DNA of 64,000 bases from Ginglymostoma cirratum (Eukaryota): assembly GCA_024137785.1 (NCBI GenBank), contig JAHRHZ010000063.1, positions 55,029,647 to 55,093,646 on the forward strand, given 5' to 3'. Below, piece after piece: positions 63,476 through 64,000 of this stretch (the stretch's first letter is position 1; every line of letters starts with the position of its first letter). A program made the position numbers and the translations under genes. Under the pieces are notes generated by a model. It ran no database searches. It was given only the letters and a program-made list of their open reading frames with translations, and was not told the DNA's origin.

Positions 63476-64000
63476 ATCTCCTCTCAAGACACTCTAAAAG
63501 GTGCCTGGCTCCTCCACCTGAACCCTCTCAGCAAGCCGTGACCCTGTAGAGTTTTACCCTGAGGGTAAGCCTGCATCTGAGCCAGTCACAGCCAGTATAT
63601 CTGAACCTTCTAACTACAAATGCCCCACTGGTCACCCACCTAAAAGCTTCAAGGCCAACAGGCTCCCCTATAGGTACAGGCTCTCTCCGTCTCAGGTACA
63701 GGCCCAAGACATCATATTAAAGAAAGGATAAAGAAATCCGTCTGAAAGTACTTAAGTGGCACAGGTAACGCCTCATTGTACGTAGAATATTACATTTCTA
63801 AATATATTGAAATCACCACTTGTCTGATCGACTGTCACATTAGCTGTTGTTACAAGAATGAAAATACAGAAGCTATTCTTCCTTTGCACAATATAACATT
63901 ACAACACTGTCTGTACAAGTTCCACACTCTTCTTAAAGCTCATCATAATATATTATCATTGATTAACATGGGAGCATCTGACTTTGTGAAATCTTCCAAC

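Overview
Repeat-dense eukaryotic DNA, almost certainly cartilaginous fish (shark-like). This is inferred from HE1-type V-SINEs, CR1, Rex1/Babar and Neptune-type Penelope elements. No intact long gene is present and most listed ORFs are transposon debris. Main contents: a decayed but architecturally complete class I endogenous retrovirus (10651-17303; LTR-PBS(Ser)-gag-pro-pol-env-PPT-LTR) nested in a Rex1 tail; two copies of one Gypsy family; three Penelope-like elements with minimal hammerhead motifs; many CR1/SINE fragments; a 400-N gap. The most unusual structure is an inverted duplication of about 1.25 kb (9404-10650 vs 18210-19068) that brackets the provirus, ends at its CATG target site, and shows patchy identity. 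A tentative chain of small minus-strand exons may belong to an unidentified host gene. All identities are by-eye counts, boundaries of old repeats are approximate, and no database search was run.
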